This document shows, piece after piece, positions 28,301 to 41,300 of a stretch of 64,000 nucleotides of DNA; positions within the stretch are counted from its first letter, which is position 1, and every line of letters starts with the position of its first letter. A program made the translations under genes and the position numbers. Origin of the DNA: Octopus bimaculoides (lineage: Eukaryota); the NCBI RefSeq assembly GCF_001194135.2, contig NC_068988.1, forward strand, positions 21,079,432 through 21,143,431, given 5' to 3'. The notes under the pieces are model-generated. The model made no database searches. It was given only the letters and a program-made list of their open reading frames with translations, and had not been told where the DNA came from.

Positions 28301-28556
28301 TCCTTAACATTTCTTAAATGGTCATTCTTTTATTCTTTTTACTCATTTCAGTCATTTGACTGCAACCATGCTAGAGCATTGCCTTGAAGGGCTTTTTTTT
28401 TTTAGTTGAACAAATTGACCCCAGAACTTATTTTTTTAAAGCCTAGTACTTATTCTATCAGTCTCTTTTGCTGAACTGCTAAGTTAGAGGGACATAAACA
28501 CACCAACGCCAGTTGTCAAGCGCTGATGGAGGAACAAACACAGACACAAAGACAAT

Positions 28557-28610
<54 letters not shown>

Positions 28611-31600
28611 TGATGATATATGACAGGCTTTTTTCAGTTTCCACTCTTGAGGCTTTGATTGGCCCAAGCCTGTAGTAGAAGATACTTGCCCAAGGTGCCA
28701 CACAGTGGGACTGAACCTAGAATCATGTGGTTGGGAAGCAAATTTCTTACCACACAGCCACACCTGCATCATTCATTTAATTTTTCATCTAATTGCATAT
28801 GTACAGTCTAGGCAACTGTACATATACAGATATGTGCTTCATCATCATCATCATCATCATTTAAGGTCTGTTTTTCATGCTGGCATGAGTTGGATGGTTT
28901 AACAAAGGCTGGCTAAGCAGAAGACTGCACCAGGTTTCACTGTCTTTTTTAGCAGGATTTTTACAGCTGGATACCCTTCCCAATACCAACCACCTTACAA
29001 AGTGGACTTTTTATCACATCCACTTACAAGGCTTTCGTTGACCCAGAACTGTAATAGAAGACACTTGTCCAAGGTGCCTTGCAGTGGGTCTAAACCTGGA
29101 ACCACATGGTTGTAAAACAGTCCAACTTGAATTATGTCACCGTATGACAAATCAATGAAGTCCGTGTTATGTATTTTTCAGAAAATTCAAAGCTTTCTTT
29201 ATCACTTTCTCCTCCTTCAAGGAACAGATTAAACTTAATGAAGACCTGGCAGAACTCAGCAACAAAAAGGAACTTGACCGGCAGAATTTGGTCACGTGTC
29301 TAGAGGACAGTAAGTTGGTTTATTGAATTAACCTTGATGGACCCTTACCTTCACCCTAAATTTGTCACTGCATTTGTTGCTAACTCTCACTTTATTTATT
29401 GCATCTTTGTACATAGCTTGTACAACCCTCACAAACCATTTGTCAACACGAGCTTCTTGAGTGACCACCAAATTACTGAATACAGTACAATGTCAAATGC
29501 TTTCACCAAGTCAACAAATTCCAGGAATGGTAGATTACTTTCAGCCGAGTATTTCTCCTCCTGCTGCCTCACTGGAAAGATTGCATCCTTGGTAGTTCTT
29601 TCACACATGAAGCTAAACTGCATCTCTTTTTTGTCACAGATCAATTGTGCTATGACTCGCTCTCTACATGACCATTATAATCTCATGTAGTATTTTGATT
29701 TCCCTATAATTTCCTCTTTCTAACACATCCCCTTTGCCTTTGTAGCAGTTTATGATGATTCTGCAGGTTTGTAAATGTTTTCCGCAGAGCTTGGTGAAGA
29801 CATTTCATAGAAAACTTTGTGAGAGAAAAACTTATTTACTGTTTTGCCATTATTATTGTATATACTCAGTGGAAGCGCAATGGCCCAGTGGTTAAGGCAG
29901 CGGACTCGCGGTCAGAGGATCGCAGTTTCGATTCCCAGACCGGGCGTTGTGAGTGCTTATTGAGCGAAAACAGCTAAAGCTCCACGAGGCTCCGTCAGGG
30001 GATGGTGGCGAACCCTGCTGTACTCTTTCACCACAACTTTCTCTCACTCTAACTTCCTGTTTCTGTTGTGCCTGAAATTCAAAGGGTCAGCCTTGTCACG
30101 CTGAATATCCCCGAGAACTACGTTAAGGGTACACGTGTCTGTGGAATGCTCAGCCACTTGCACGTTAATTTCACGAGCAGGCTGTTCCGTTGATCAGATC
30201 AACTNNNNNNNNNNGCGTTGTGAGTGCTTATTGAGCGAAAACAGCTAAAGCTCCACGAGGCTCCGTCAGGGGATGGTGGCGAACCCTGCTGTACTCTTTC
30301 ACCACAACTTTCTCTCACTCTAACTTCCTGTTTCTGTTGTGCCTGAAATTCAAAGGGTCAGCCTTGTCACGCTGAATATCCCCGAGAACTACGTTAAGGG
30401 TACACGTGTCTGTGGAATGCTCAGCCACTTGCACGTTAATTTCACGAGCAGGCTGTTCCGTTGATCAGATCAACTGGAACCCTCAACGTCGTAAGCGATG
30501 GAGTGCCAACAACAACAACAATTGTATATACTCAATGTTATTGTATACACTGTCAAAGACTATCAGGTGTTACTGTTTCTATGTTGTCATTTAAAAACCT
30601 GTTGTATTCCAGTTGAGGAAAGGACCAACAGGCTGCTCAATGACCTCATGCAAATGAATGAAAAAGCCAGAAAACAAGAGGAATTAATGGAAGCCATTGA
30701 GAAAGAGAAGTAAGTAGTTTGCTCTATTTAATCTTATATTTCATTGTCTCATGTGGTTTTCTTCTTAACACACAGTATTTATCAGAAGGTCTGTGGTGGA
30801 AGAAGAGAGGTTTGTCTATGTATATGCGTGTGTGTGTGTGTTTTATCTGCTTATCTGTGTTTATGTGTCTATCTACCTGTATTTGTATTTGTCTGTCAAC
30901 GTGTAAGTGTATCTGTGTGTCTATGTATGTCTATATGTCAATGTGTAAGTGTATCTGTGTGTCTATGTATGTCTATATGTCAATGTGTATCTGTCAGTGT
31001 ATGTGTTTAGNNNNNNNNNNNNNNNNNNNNNNNNNNNNNNNNNNNNNNNNNNNNNNNNNNNNNNNNNNNNNNNNNNNNNNNNNNNNNNNNNNNNNNNNNN
31101 NNNNNNNNNNNNNNNNNNNNCGTGTAAGTGTATCTGTGTGTCTATGTATGTCTATATGTCAATGTGTAAGTGTATCTGTGTGTCTATGTATGTCTATATG
31201 TCAATGTGTATCTGTCAGTGTATGTGTTTAGACATTGCATAATACTCAGACACATGGCATATCATTTTTATACCATATGTTTCTGAACCTCTGCTATCTA
31301 TGTTTAAGAAATATCATGAATTTGAAGCCGATACGGTATGGAGATTGCAGGCTCTGGTTGACAGTGGACCTTAACCCTTTAACATTTAAACTGGCCATAT
31401 CTGATCCTAATATTCTACTTGTTATATGTTCAGACTGGCCAGATCCAACCTCTTACACCTACCCTACAATGTCATTCTAAAAATAAATAATCTCATCATT
31501 GAAATCCCAAAGTCATGAGATATGCATGATTAATTGAAAACAATGTGAGTAAATATGCATTAGATTCGTCAGAGTAATCTGAATGCTAAAGGCTCAAACT

Positions 31601-34600
31601 GAGGCTCAGTGTCTTCACCTTGTGACTTCTTTTTGGTTGCATCAAATGTAATCAACATTTGATGCAGTTGAGATGGTTGGGTGGTAGTTTGAGCAACTAC
31701 AGTTAGAAAGGAAACAATGCTGTTTAGGGTGGATATTGAGAACTGCAATTATGTTTCATACTAATGTATTCACTCTCCTTACACACTCTTGAGAACTTAC
31801 TTACCTACCAGTCAACTAGTCCAACCCTCTCTATCACTCCTTTCATATTTGCCGTCCTGTAACTTGAGGACATATGCTGACACATTATCTTCACCATCTT
31901 CTCTCTTTTCCAACTAGGGTAACCAGGTAGCTCACCTACTGGAAGACATCTGTTCCCATTCCTCTGTCATACTTTATCCTCTCATCACTTGGCATAAAAC
32001 CACCTCTCTCAGTACTATGCTCCACTCAGCTGAGGGGTCTCGTCTTGCAAGTTACTTAGTGACACCACTACTGTTGGTGCCACATAAAAAGCACCCAGTA
32101 CACTCTGTAAAAGCGGTTGGCATTAGGAAGGTCATCCAGCCTAGAAACCATGCCATGTAGACATTAGAGCTTGGTGCAGTCCTCTGGTATGCCAGCTCCT
32201 GTTGAACCATCCAGTCCATGCTGGCATGGAAAACAGATATTAAATGGTGATGTATTCAGTAGTTATTCATGAGTAGGATTGTAACCATCTATAATCATCT
32301 ATAGATACTTCCTATATTTCAAGGTTGGTTTTACACCTGCACATCATCATTATCATTTAATGTCCACTTTCCATAGTCTTTTCTGGGTTGGTTTATACAG
32401 CTGGATGCCCTTCCTAAGGGCAACCACTTTACAGAGTGCATTGGGTGCTTTTTATGTGGCACCAGCTCCAGTGCTTTTTCCGTGGTACCATCACCCTTCA
32501 TGAGCAAGCATTACCAAGGTGGATATCGTATCACATATTGATATTCTGAGTGTTATTTTAGCAAGTTTAAAGTGATTTCTTTTGTACCATAAACCATTTA
32601 CCTTTTCTATGGTTCACCCCCACTTCTTGATGTCCTGAGCACGTGCTTATTTTGCTTAATGGTTAATCCAATGTTGTTCTCCATCTATCATACTTTAGCC
32701 TTCAATACTTGGTATTAAGCCACCCTCACCCCCATTCGAATACACTCCTACTTACATGAGGGAGCTTTTTCCTTTTCCTTAAGGCTGGTAACATGGAAAA
32801 AAAGCACTGTAAAGTGCTTGGCATTAGGAAGGTTCTTCAGCTGTTGAAACCAAGCTGAAGCTGACATTGTGGTCTGAAGCTGCTCTGCTGTTCACCAGAT
32901 CCTGTCAAACTGTCCAACCTATGCCAGCATGGAAAATGGATGTTAAATGGTGATGATGGTGATGATGATACAAATGTATTTGCTCCAGTTTACCTGATTG
33001 TCCAATGAACTCCACTTCAAGTTCATGAAAGAGAAGTACAGTGGCTAGAAGTTTCAAAGAGGTCCCAAAAAACACTGTCTCATAGAAAGAATGGCTATAA
33101 AACAGTAAAAATAATAAATAACTATATCAAATATACTTCTTTAATTATGAATAAGATTCAACTTTTGTTATTGTTTGATTATATTTTATTAAAAGCATAT
33201 TATAATCTGCTATGTCTTATAAAAGTTATCCAGTCTCAAGCATGTTACAATCTGAAATTGCATTTCTCATTTTTGTCAATACTGTGTTGTAGGGATGAAC
33301 AAGACCAATATTACATTGTGAGGTATGAAGAAATAGCCAATTTACGGAGAAAAGAAGTGCTGAGTAAGTTGTCTCATTATTTTTTTAATTGTAAATATGC
33401 ACATACATCTGATACTCCGTCAGTTACAACAGGGGTTTTCAAACTTTTTGACTTGCAGACCCCTTTATATTTCAGGCTTTACCTCATAAACGCTTATGAA
33501 ATTTATACATAAATATTTGCTTAAAATAACATATATTTTTACATTTATTTATTTAACAGTATTTAACAAATAGGTTTATTGTCAATTAAAAGATTTTGAT
33601 TAAAAAACATATATAAAATCAAATTGCCCATAAAAAGTATTTGCTGTCCACGGACCCCCTGTCTTGTCCTTGCGGATTCCCTGTGGTCCACGGACCACAG
33701 TTTGAAAACCCCTGGGTTACAACAATAAAGAATCCGATCAACAGAACAGCCTGCTCATGAAATTAGCATGCAAGTGGCTGAGCACTCCACAAACACGTGT
33801 ACCCTTAACGTAATTCTCAGGGAGATTCAGCATGACACAAAGTGTGATAAGGCTGGCCCTTTTGAGAAGACCCAGCAAGCCAAGTGAAACCATAACCCAT
33901 AATCCGATGCCAGTGGTGTAACCAGCCCACTTATGCATATCTTTCCTTCATTGGACACTAAACTCTGCTTGCGAAGACCTGTTGAAGCAAATGAAATTGA
34001 AATCAAATTCGATGACAGCACCGCTTGACTGGCATCCGTGCTAGTGGAGCGCTAAGAGCACCATCTGAGCGTGATTGTTGCCAGGGCCGCTGACTGGCTC
34101 CTCTGCTGGTGGCACATAAAAAGTACCATTCGAGCGTGATCGTTACCAGCGTTGCCTTACTGGCACTTGAGGTCAGTTTTGGCAAGGTTTTTACAGCTGG
34201 ATGCCCTTCCGAATATGCCATGTAAAAAATATTCAGTTCACGCTGTAAAGTGGTTGGCATTTAGAAGGGCATCCAGCCGTAAAAACCATGCCAAAACTGA
34301 CCTCACCTATGCTGGTGCCACGTAAAAAGCACTCAGCCCACTCTGTGGGGTGGTTGGTGTTAGGAAGGGCATCCAGCCATAAAAACCATACCAAAGCAGG
34401 CACAAAACTCTAGTGCAGTCTTCTGCCAGGTCATGGCAGGCAGACACTAAATGATGATGATGATGATGATATATATGTTGAGGATGATACTGTTTTGCTT
34501 TCCTTTAAAGACCGCATGGAAGAAATATTGAATAGTTCTGCCTACTTGGAGACTTGTCGAAGGAAACATGATGCTGAGAAGAAACATGCTGCCAGAAATG

Positions 34601-35283
34601 CACTAGAAAAGTAAATATTCCTGAATTTTACCTGTCATTTAATTTTGGATGTTGTTATTCCGTATTCTCAGCCCTGACTGAACTAGAAAAACTGTGGCTA
34701 TTCATTGTTATACCTGTAAAGTCAACCCGCCATTCACTACCTGTAAAGTCAACCCGCCATTCACTGCCAATTCTTTTATGTTGTTGTGTTTTAATAAAGA
34801 TTTATTCCTGTTTCTTTTTTTTTTTACCCAGAGAGATGAATTCCACTGTGTTGAATGATATCTTGCAATCAAAGTCAGCAGAACAGGATGAAATGGTCAA
34901 AGTTCTTACTCAGCAGGTTTGTTGTGGTATTTCTTCCGACAACTCTATATTAGCCAGTCTCATGATCTAGTATATAAAACACTTTTTTTTGTCTTTGATT
35001 CTGGAGATGTCTTTGAAGTAACCACTTGATACGGTCATCTTGGATTTGTAGGGGCTGAGGTCAAAATAATGTTTCAAGTAAATGTAGATAAGGAGGGGAT
35101 GCTTTACAATAGTATTTATGAATGGGGAATTTTTTTCTCTGGAAGTAAGCATCCAACCCTTATCTTGATGAGGGTTGTATTTGTAGAGTTTCAAATGGGT
35201 ACCCAATTGACGGGAGTAAGTTCAGGTAAGATTTCTGGAATTGAATTATGTTTTGTGTCCGACATATGAGAAATGATGAGAAA

Positions 35284-35314
<31 letters not shown>

Positions 35315-38300
35315 GATTAGGATTAAAATGTACCTAGATTTCCAAGAAGTAGGGCGAGTTTTGAGATAGTTTACTGATTAGCTGAAAGACCTTTTGAATT
35401 TGAATAAATATACTCTTAAATAATGCAGGTTTTACAATACATCTGAAGTAAGGGAAAATTGGACTTCAAATATGATGTTTTTTTGTTTTTCAGGGTCAGT
35501 ATAATTCTTGGGTTTTTAATAGAGACTCCCTAATTTTTAAAGGAGAATGTGAATAATATTATGTAGTCATAGTCACTGAAATGGCTAATCCTCATTAAAT
35601 GTTTTCCAACAACATCTGGTAGTCCTCATATTACCTTTGATAGTTTCTTAAATGTCTACTTATGTACATGTTTGTCTGCATGTCTATTTGGGTTTTTGTT
35701 AGTGCCATGATGGTATTTTCACTGGGTTTTTTTTAAAATTATTTACCTTCCATGTTTGCAAAGATAGATTGAGTTTGGTAAATTCATATTAAAACAGTTG
35801 TGTTTACAGCTGAATAAACTTTCAACTGCTAATCAGTCAGCTGTAAAAATAAGAACTCACTTATCAGGTGTATAAACTAATACAAGCAAAATTTTGTATC
35901 TTATTTTGGGGTACAAAAAATAGATATGATATCTGAACTCCGAACCATCTTGTCAAAAGTCTTGACTCAGCAGCTACAGTGCATTTTGAATGTTTAAAAG
36001 TCTAGTATCTGAATTATTAACCTTTATATGAAATAACATTTACATATTTATAAGATAAAATAGTTACATGCTAATATTTCATGTGCATAGAGGTAATGAT
36101 TTTTTTTTTTATTATTATCAGGAAGAACTTCAGAAAGCAGCTTTTGAAGCTCTGCTTATGCAGAAAGACTCACGTCACAGTCGGGTTTCCTCCCAGATTG
36201 CTCTGATTGAGAAAGAATTGGCTCAGTTGACGGCAATTGAAATTGAGAGGAAAGAATTACGAATAGACATGGAAAAGGTAACAAAAAACATTCTCCTTCT
36301 TTATTTTAAGCTGAGCAAAATAGCAGCATCATTTTATCATCATTTTATCTTCATCTATGGTCATGAATGTTGGGTAACAACCAAAAGAATGCAATCCTGA
36401 ATTCAAACTGCCAAAATGGGGTTCCTCCAAAGAATCTCTGAACTAATGTTACTTGACAGGGTGCGTAACTCAAAGATCAGGGTGTCTTTCCCGGTTGAAC
36501 TGCTACTTCTCTGCATTGAGAGGTCACAGCTCTGGTATTATGGACACGTGGTTAGAATGCCCCAGGAAAGGATCGCAAAATGGATTCTTGAAGCCAAGTC
36601 AATCAGCTGGAGACCTCGGTGTAGGCCAAGAGCAAGATGGTTGGATGATATCCATAATCTCAGTTAGTCATGTTTGGGAATCCAGTAAGAAAGTATGATA
36701 GTTGCTTCTGGCAGAAATCTTTGGAGAAGGTGCCCGAGGGCTCTTTTCCCACAACCCTCCCAAGAATTGTGGGCAACAAAAATGGATACTTTTAATTGTT
36801 TTATTTTCATATGGTTTCGGTTGAACAGATCTATAATATGGTACATTACTATTGGCTATGCATCATGACGTCAATCAAGCAAAGGGTTCTTAGCTCATAC
36901 CTCACCATTATTTCTTTATACATGTGATGTGTATGTATACATACACACATATGTATGCACCATTGTCTAGACCTCATGTAATGGTTGTAAATGAGTGTCG
37001 TTATCATAAATTTGTTTCCAGTCTTCTGTGAAAAACATGTCTGTACATGGGTAAATATTACCTTACTCGGAAACAGACAAGGGTTGGCCACAGGAAAGGC
37101 ATCCAGCCATAGAAAATCCACTTCAGCAAATTCAGCATGGAATAGTGTATGTTAAATGATGATAATGATGACTACAACGATGCTGGCTGCTGCTGCTGTT
37201 CAGGTTTTTACCTTAAGTATGGTATATGTGCTGTGATATGACTAGCAATACAATAGAAGCCATATTACCATCTGTTTAACACTAGCATCCTTACTGATTG
37301 GCACTGTATATGCCTTCATGTTCAAATTCATCATCATCTTCATCACTATCATTTAACATGTTTTCCATGCTTGCATGGGTTGGGTGGTTTGACTGTATCT
37401 GATGAGCTGCAAGACTGCATCGAGCTCCATTGTCAGCTTTGGTATGGTTTCTATGGTTAGATACCCTTGCTAATGGCATAGAATTCCTAACAACACAGAG
37501 AATGTAAAAGTAAGTCTAGTTGAAGCATTCATAAATGTCTGTATCGGTTGATCTTTGAAACATTTCTTTATAATCTGCTCTGATCTTGTTTTCATCTTCC
37601 TGTTTCTCTCTTACAGAATATTCTGGCTGACAAGAGGATAGCTCTAACTGGTATGTTAATGCAGCTCATTGCTGAGCGAGACAAGCGAGAGGAACAACTG
37701 AAGATGAGGCTTGTGAGTTAGCTACTCTTTCTTTTTTTCCGGCCACTTGGTGTTGTTTGGTCATTTTCTTGTTGCTCTGCTTACTTAGTGCTTTTCAATG
37801 ACTCCCATAATATTTCACTTATGACTCTTTACTCTCTATCTGTGCTACTAAAGTGACACTACTCTGTTATTAACCATATCAGTTATTACTGTTAACACAG
37901 CTACAACATTCAGTAGGTTACTCTTGTTTAATACCAGGTCAGTCTAGCTGTGGCAATCATGTTTTTTTTTTCCCTATGCAGCATGCACCAAGGACGATAT
38001 TGTCTGTGTTCTTTTCTGAGATGGTAAGGTTTCATTTCAGAAACACTTAACTGCTGTTTTTACCATGTTGGTTAGCCTCACACAGGCTTCTTCCATTGGT
38101 TTGGTTGATAACAATTTTACTCTGGTGGTAGTTCAGCTGTTCAAAACCATAATTTGTAATTTTAGTATAGCATCTCAGTGCTGTAGATTGTTAGATCCTT
38201 TTGGCTGGTTTCTATGTTTGGAGACCATCCTAACACCAACCACTTTACAGCATGTATTGAGCACTATTCTTGTGCTACCAGCACTAGTGAGGCCATTATG

Positions 38301-41300
38301 CAGTTTGCAAGAATAAAACCCTGTGAGGGTAACTTTATGCTCAGTTAAAAAATGAGTAAAAGTATGAGAGAACGGGCCAGAGGTGAACAGGTTTCTTGTT
38401 GTAAAGGAGCTACATGTCTACTCACATTTTAGAAGAGAGTGTTCGCAAAAGGTTTATCACACTTGTATATGGCATAAACAAATGATTTATCACACTTGTA
38501 TATGGCATAAACAAATAATTATCCTGTTCCTGACACATGGACAGAAACAGAGTCAGGAATCAGAGATATATATTGAAAAATTCTTGTTCTTGACATTGTT
38601 TAGATTTTGAATACTTGAATTGATCTATGTTTCATGACCTTTGAACTAATTTTCCAAATGTATCACTTCAGAAAAAATCCCTGAAGATTCTTGTGTTTTT
38701 TTGTTTGTTTGTTTTTTTTTCTTCTTTTATTTGTGTTTTTCATTTGTAGACGGAAATGGAAGAGCAACGGCTGCAAGACCAAACAGATTATTGGTTGGTG
38801 CAGTACCAACGCTTGATGGACCGTAAACCACAAGCACTAATTGACCAAGTAAGTGTGTGTGAAGTCTGGGTGGATATTCTCTGCACCAAACGGTTCTTTA
38901 TATAAGCAATGGTATCTTAGATTTCCTTTTCCACTGCAATTTTTAGTCAAATCAACAGCTTCAGTCGTTGCAATATATGTGTTTTAAATTTCGAAATTAT
39001 CCAATTCTGTATCTGTTGTAATATATTTAAACAAATTCTTGTTGCTTTTTAATATTGATCTTTACATGTTTTGTAGGATTCATTTGAAGATGGCTTGTTC
39101 CAATTCTTCTATTTTTTTTTTTTAATTAATTTCTTTTTAATTCATCAAAAATAAGGTCAGATTTATTATACAAAATACAAATTATAAAATGTTACCAACA
39201 GTTGTTTATTTGAAAAAATTGACTTTAAAGAACTTAAACATTAAAAAATTTGGTCTTCTAGGAATGGTTGCTAGAAATTCCTGTGCTTAAGATTCTGGAA
39301 CAAACGGGTGCTCAGGATTACATACCATTGTTTGCACGTCATCGTATCACTTCTGAGACTCTTTGCCATATGACAGAAGATGATTTGAAACAGGTTGGTA
39401 TATATTTATATCGATCTAACCATTCCACAACATTTTCATGCAAACCTTGTTACATTTGGTGTTGAATCATCAATCTCTGTTAAACTACAGGGTGTCCACA
39501 AAGTCTGGGTACATGGAGTAAATAAAATCATGACATAAACAATTAAACATAAGAAATAATAATTTCTTAAAGTATGCGTTAATCCCCATGTGGGTACATG
39601 GAGTAAATAAAATCATAACATAAACAATTAAATATAAGAAATAATAATTTCTTAAAGTATGCGTTAATCCCCATGTGGGTACATGGAGTAAGTAAAATCA
39701 TGACAAACAATTAAATATAAGAAATAATAATTTCTTAAAGTATGCATTAATCCCCATGTGGGTACATGGAGTAAATAAAATCATAACATAAACAATTAAA
39801 TGTAAGAAATAATAATTTCTTAAAGTATGTGTTAATCCTCATGTACCCAGACTTTGTGGACACCCTGTAGAATTGTCCGGTTATCTTTTCTTTTTTTTTG
39901 TATTTTGGGAAGATCACTATGCCAATAAGAAACAAATGCACTGGTTCTATTTTACTTCTTTTATAATAATAATAATTATTATTATTATTGAGGGAGTGAG
40001 CTGGCAGAATCATTAGCACACCAGACAAAATGCTTAGTGGCATTTTGTCCATCTTTACATTCAGTGTTCAAATCCTTCTGAGGTCAACTTTGCCTTTTAT
40101 CCTTTCAGGGTTGGTGAAGTAAGGACCAGTGAAACACTGGGGTTGATGTAACCAATTACTCCCCTCCCCACAAATTTCAGGTCTTGTGCCTTTAGTAGTG
40201 TTGTGTGGACGCTCCCAAGCGAAGAAGTAGGATCTTCCAAGACATATAAATGGAGGTAGTCTGGCCATGGTAGAGTGTTGAGTAGCAGTTGTGTAGCGGT
40301 TGAGTAGAGATCATCCGAAGGTGCTAGATAGCAGTAGCGTTGAGACATAACAAGTAGAAAGGATTATTATTATTATTATTATTAGTCAATTAGTTAATCA
40401 TTTAACCAATTAACTCATCACTTGCTTGATTAATCATTTGGTCAATCAATCAGCTAGCTTTGTCAAAATTCTTTCATTGTCCTCTCTACTCTAAGTCTGT
40501 TTCAGACCTGAAAAAAAGTGAAACAGAACCAGTGCATTTGTTTATCATTGGCATAATGACCCTCCCAATATGCAACATACAAGTTTACAACAAGGATTTT
40601 CTAAACAAAATATAAAAACATTTGATTATTTCTTTCAACAGATGGGTGTTCATGAACTGGGTGTACGGCGTGCTATCATGGTACGTCTGCAGGAATACCA
40701 ATCAACAAAAAAAGTCGACATGCTGCCACCAGTAAGTTCTAATTTGACATATTTTGTCTTTTCTTTCTTATTTCCTGGTCACATGACTTCAGGACAGTTT
40801 GTTGAAGTTGGAGATTTTCCATATTTTGTTGAAGTTTCTTTTACAAGTTTATGTTGTATTTTCCAACATACAAGTCAACCTAGTACAACATGTAGTGTAA
40901 ACATGCAAACATTGTCACTATCTATCCAAATCCTGCTGCATTTCACATGGAATTTCTAAGGCGTAGGAGTGGCTGTGTGGTAAGTAGCTTGCTTACCAAC
41001 CACATGGTTCCGGGTTCAGTGCCACTGCGTGGCACCTTGGGCAAGTGTCTTCTACTGCAGCCTCGGGCCGACCAAAGCCTTGTGAGTGGATTTGGTAGAC
41101 GGAAACTGAAAGAAGCCTGTTGTATATATGTATATATATATATATATATATAAATGTGTGTGTGTGTGTGTATATGTTTGTGTGTCTGTGTTTGTCCCCC
41201 CAACATCACTTGACAACCGATGCTGGTGTGTTTACGTCCCCGTAACTTAGCGGTTCGGCAAGAGAGACCGATAAAATAAGTACCAGGCTTCCAAAGAATA

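Noticed and set aside
29945-30474. Apparent tandem duplication of a SINE body
   Set aside because: Identical sequence on both sides of a 10-N gap inside one TSD pair; typical scaffolding artefact
30900-31231. Long Cys/Val-rich ORFs and a duplicated block
   Set aside because: GT-rich minisatellite duplicated around an N gap; not coding
34711-34764. Short perfect tandem duplications (27 bp x2 here; about 33 bp x2 at 38453-38516)
   Set aside because: Ordinary local slippage duplications in introns with no further structure
39509-39846. CRISPR-like appearance of regular repeats here and in family D hairpin arrays
   Set aside because: Units are tandem with no unique spacers, sit inside eukaryotic transposons, and no cas genes are present
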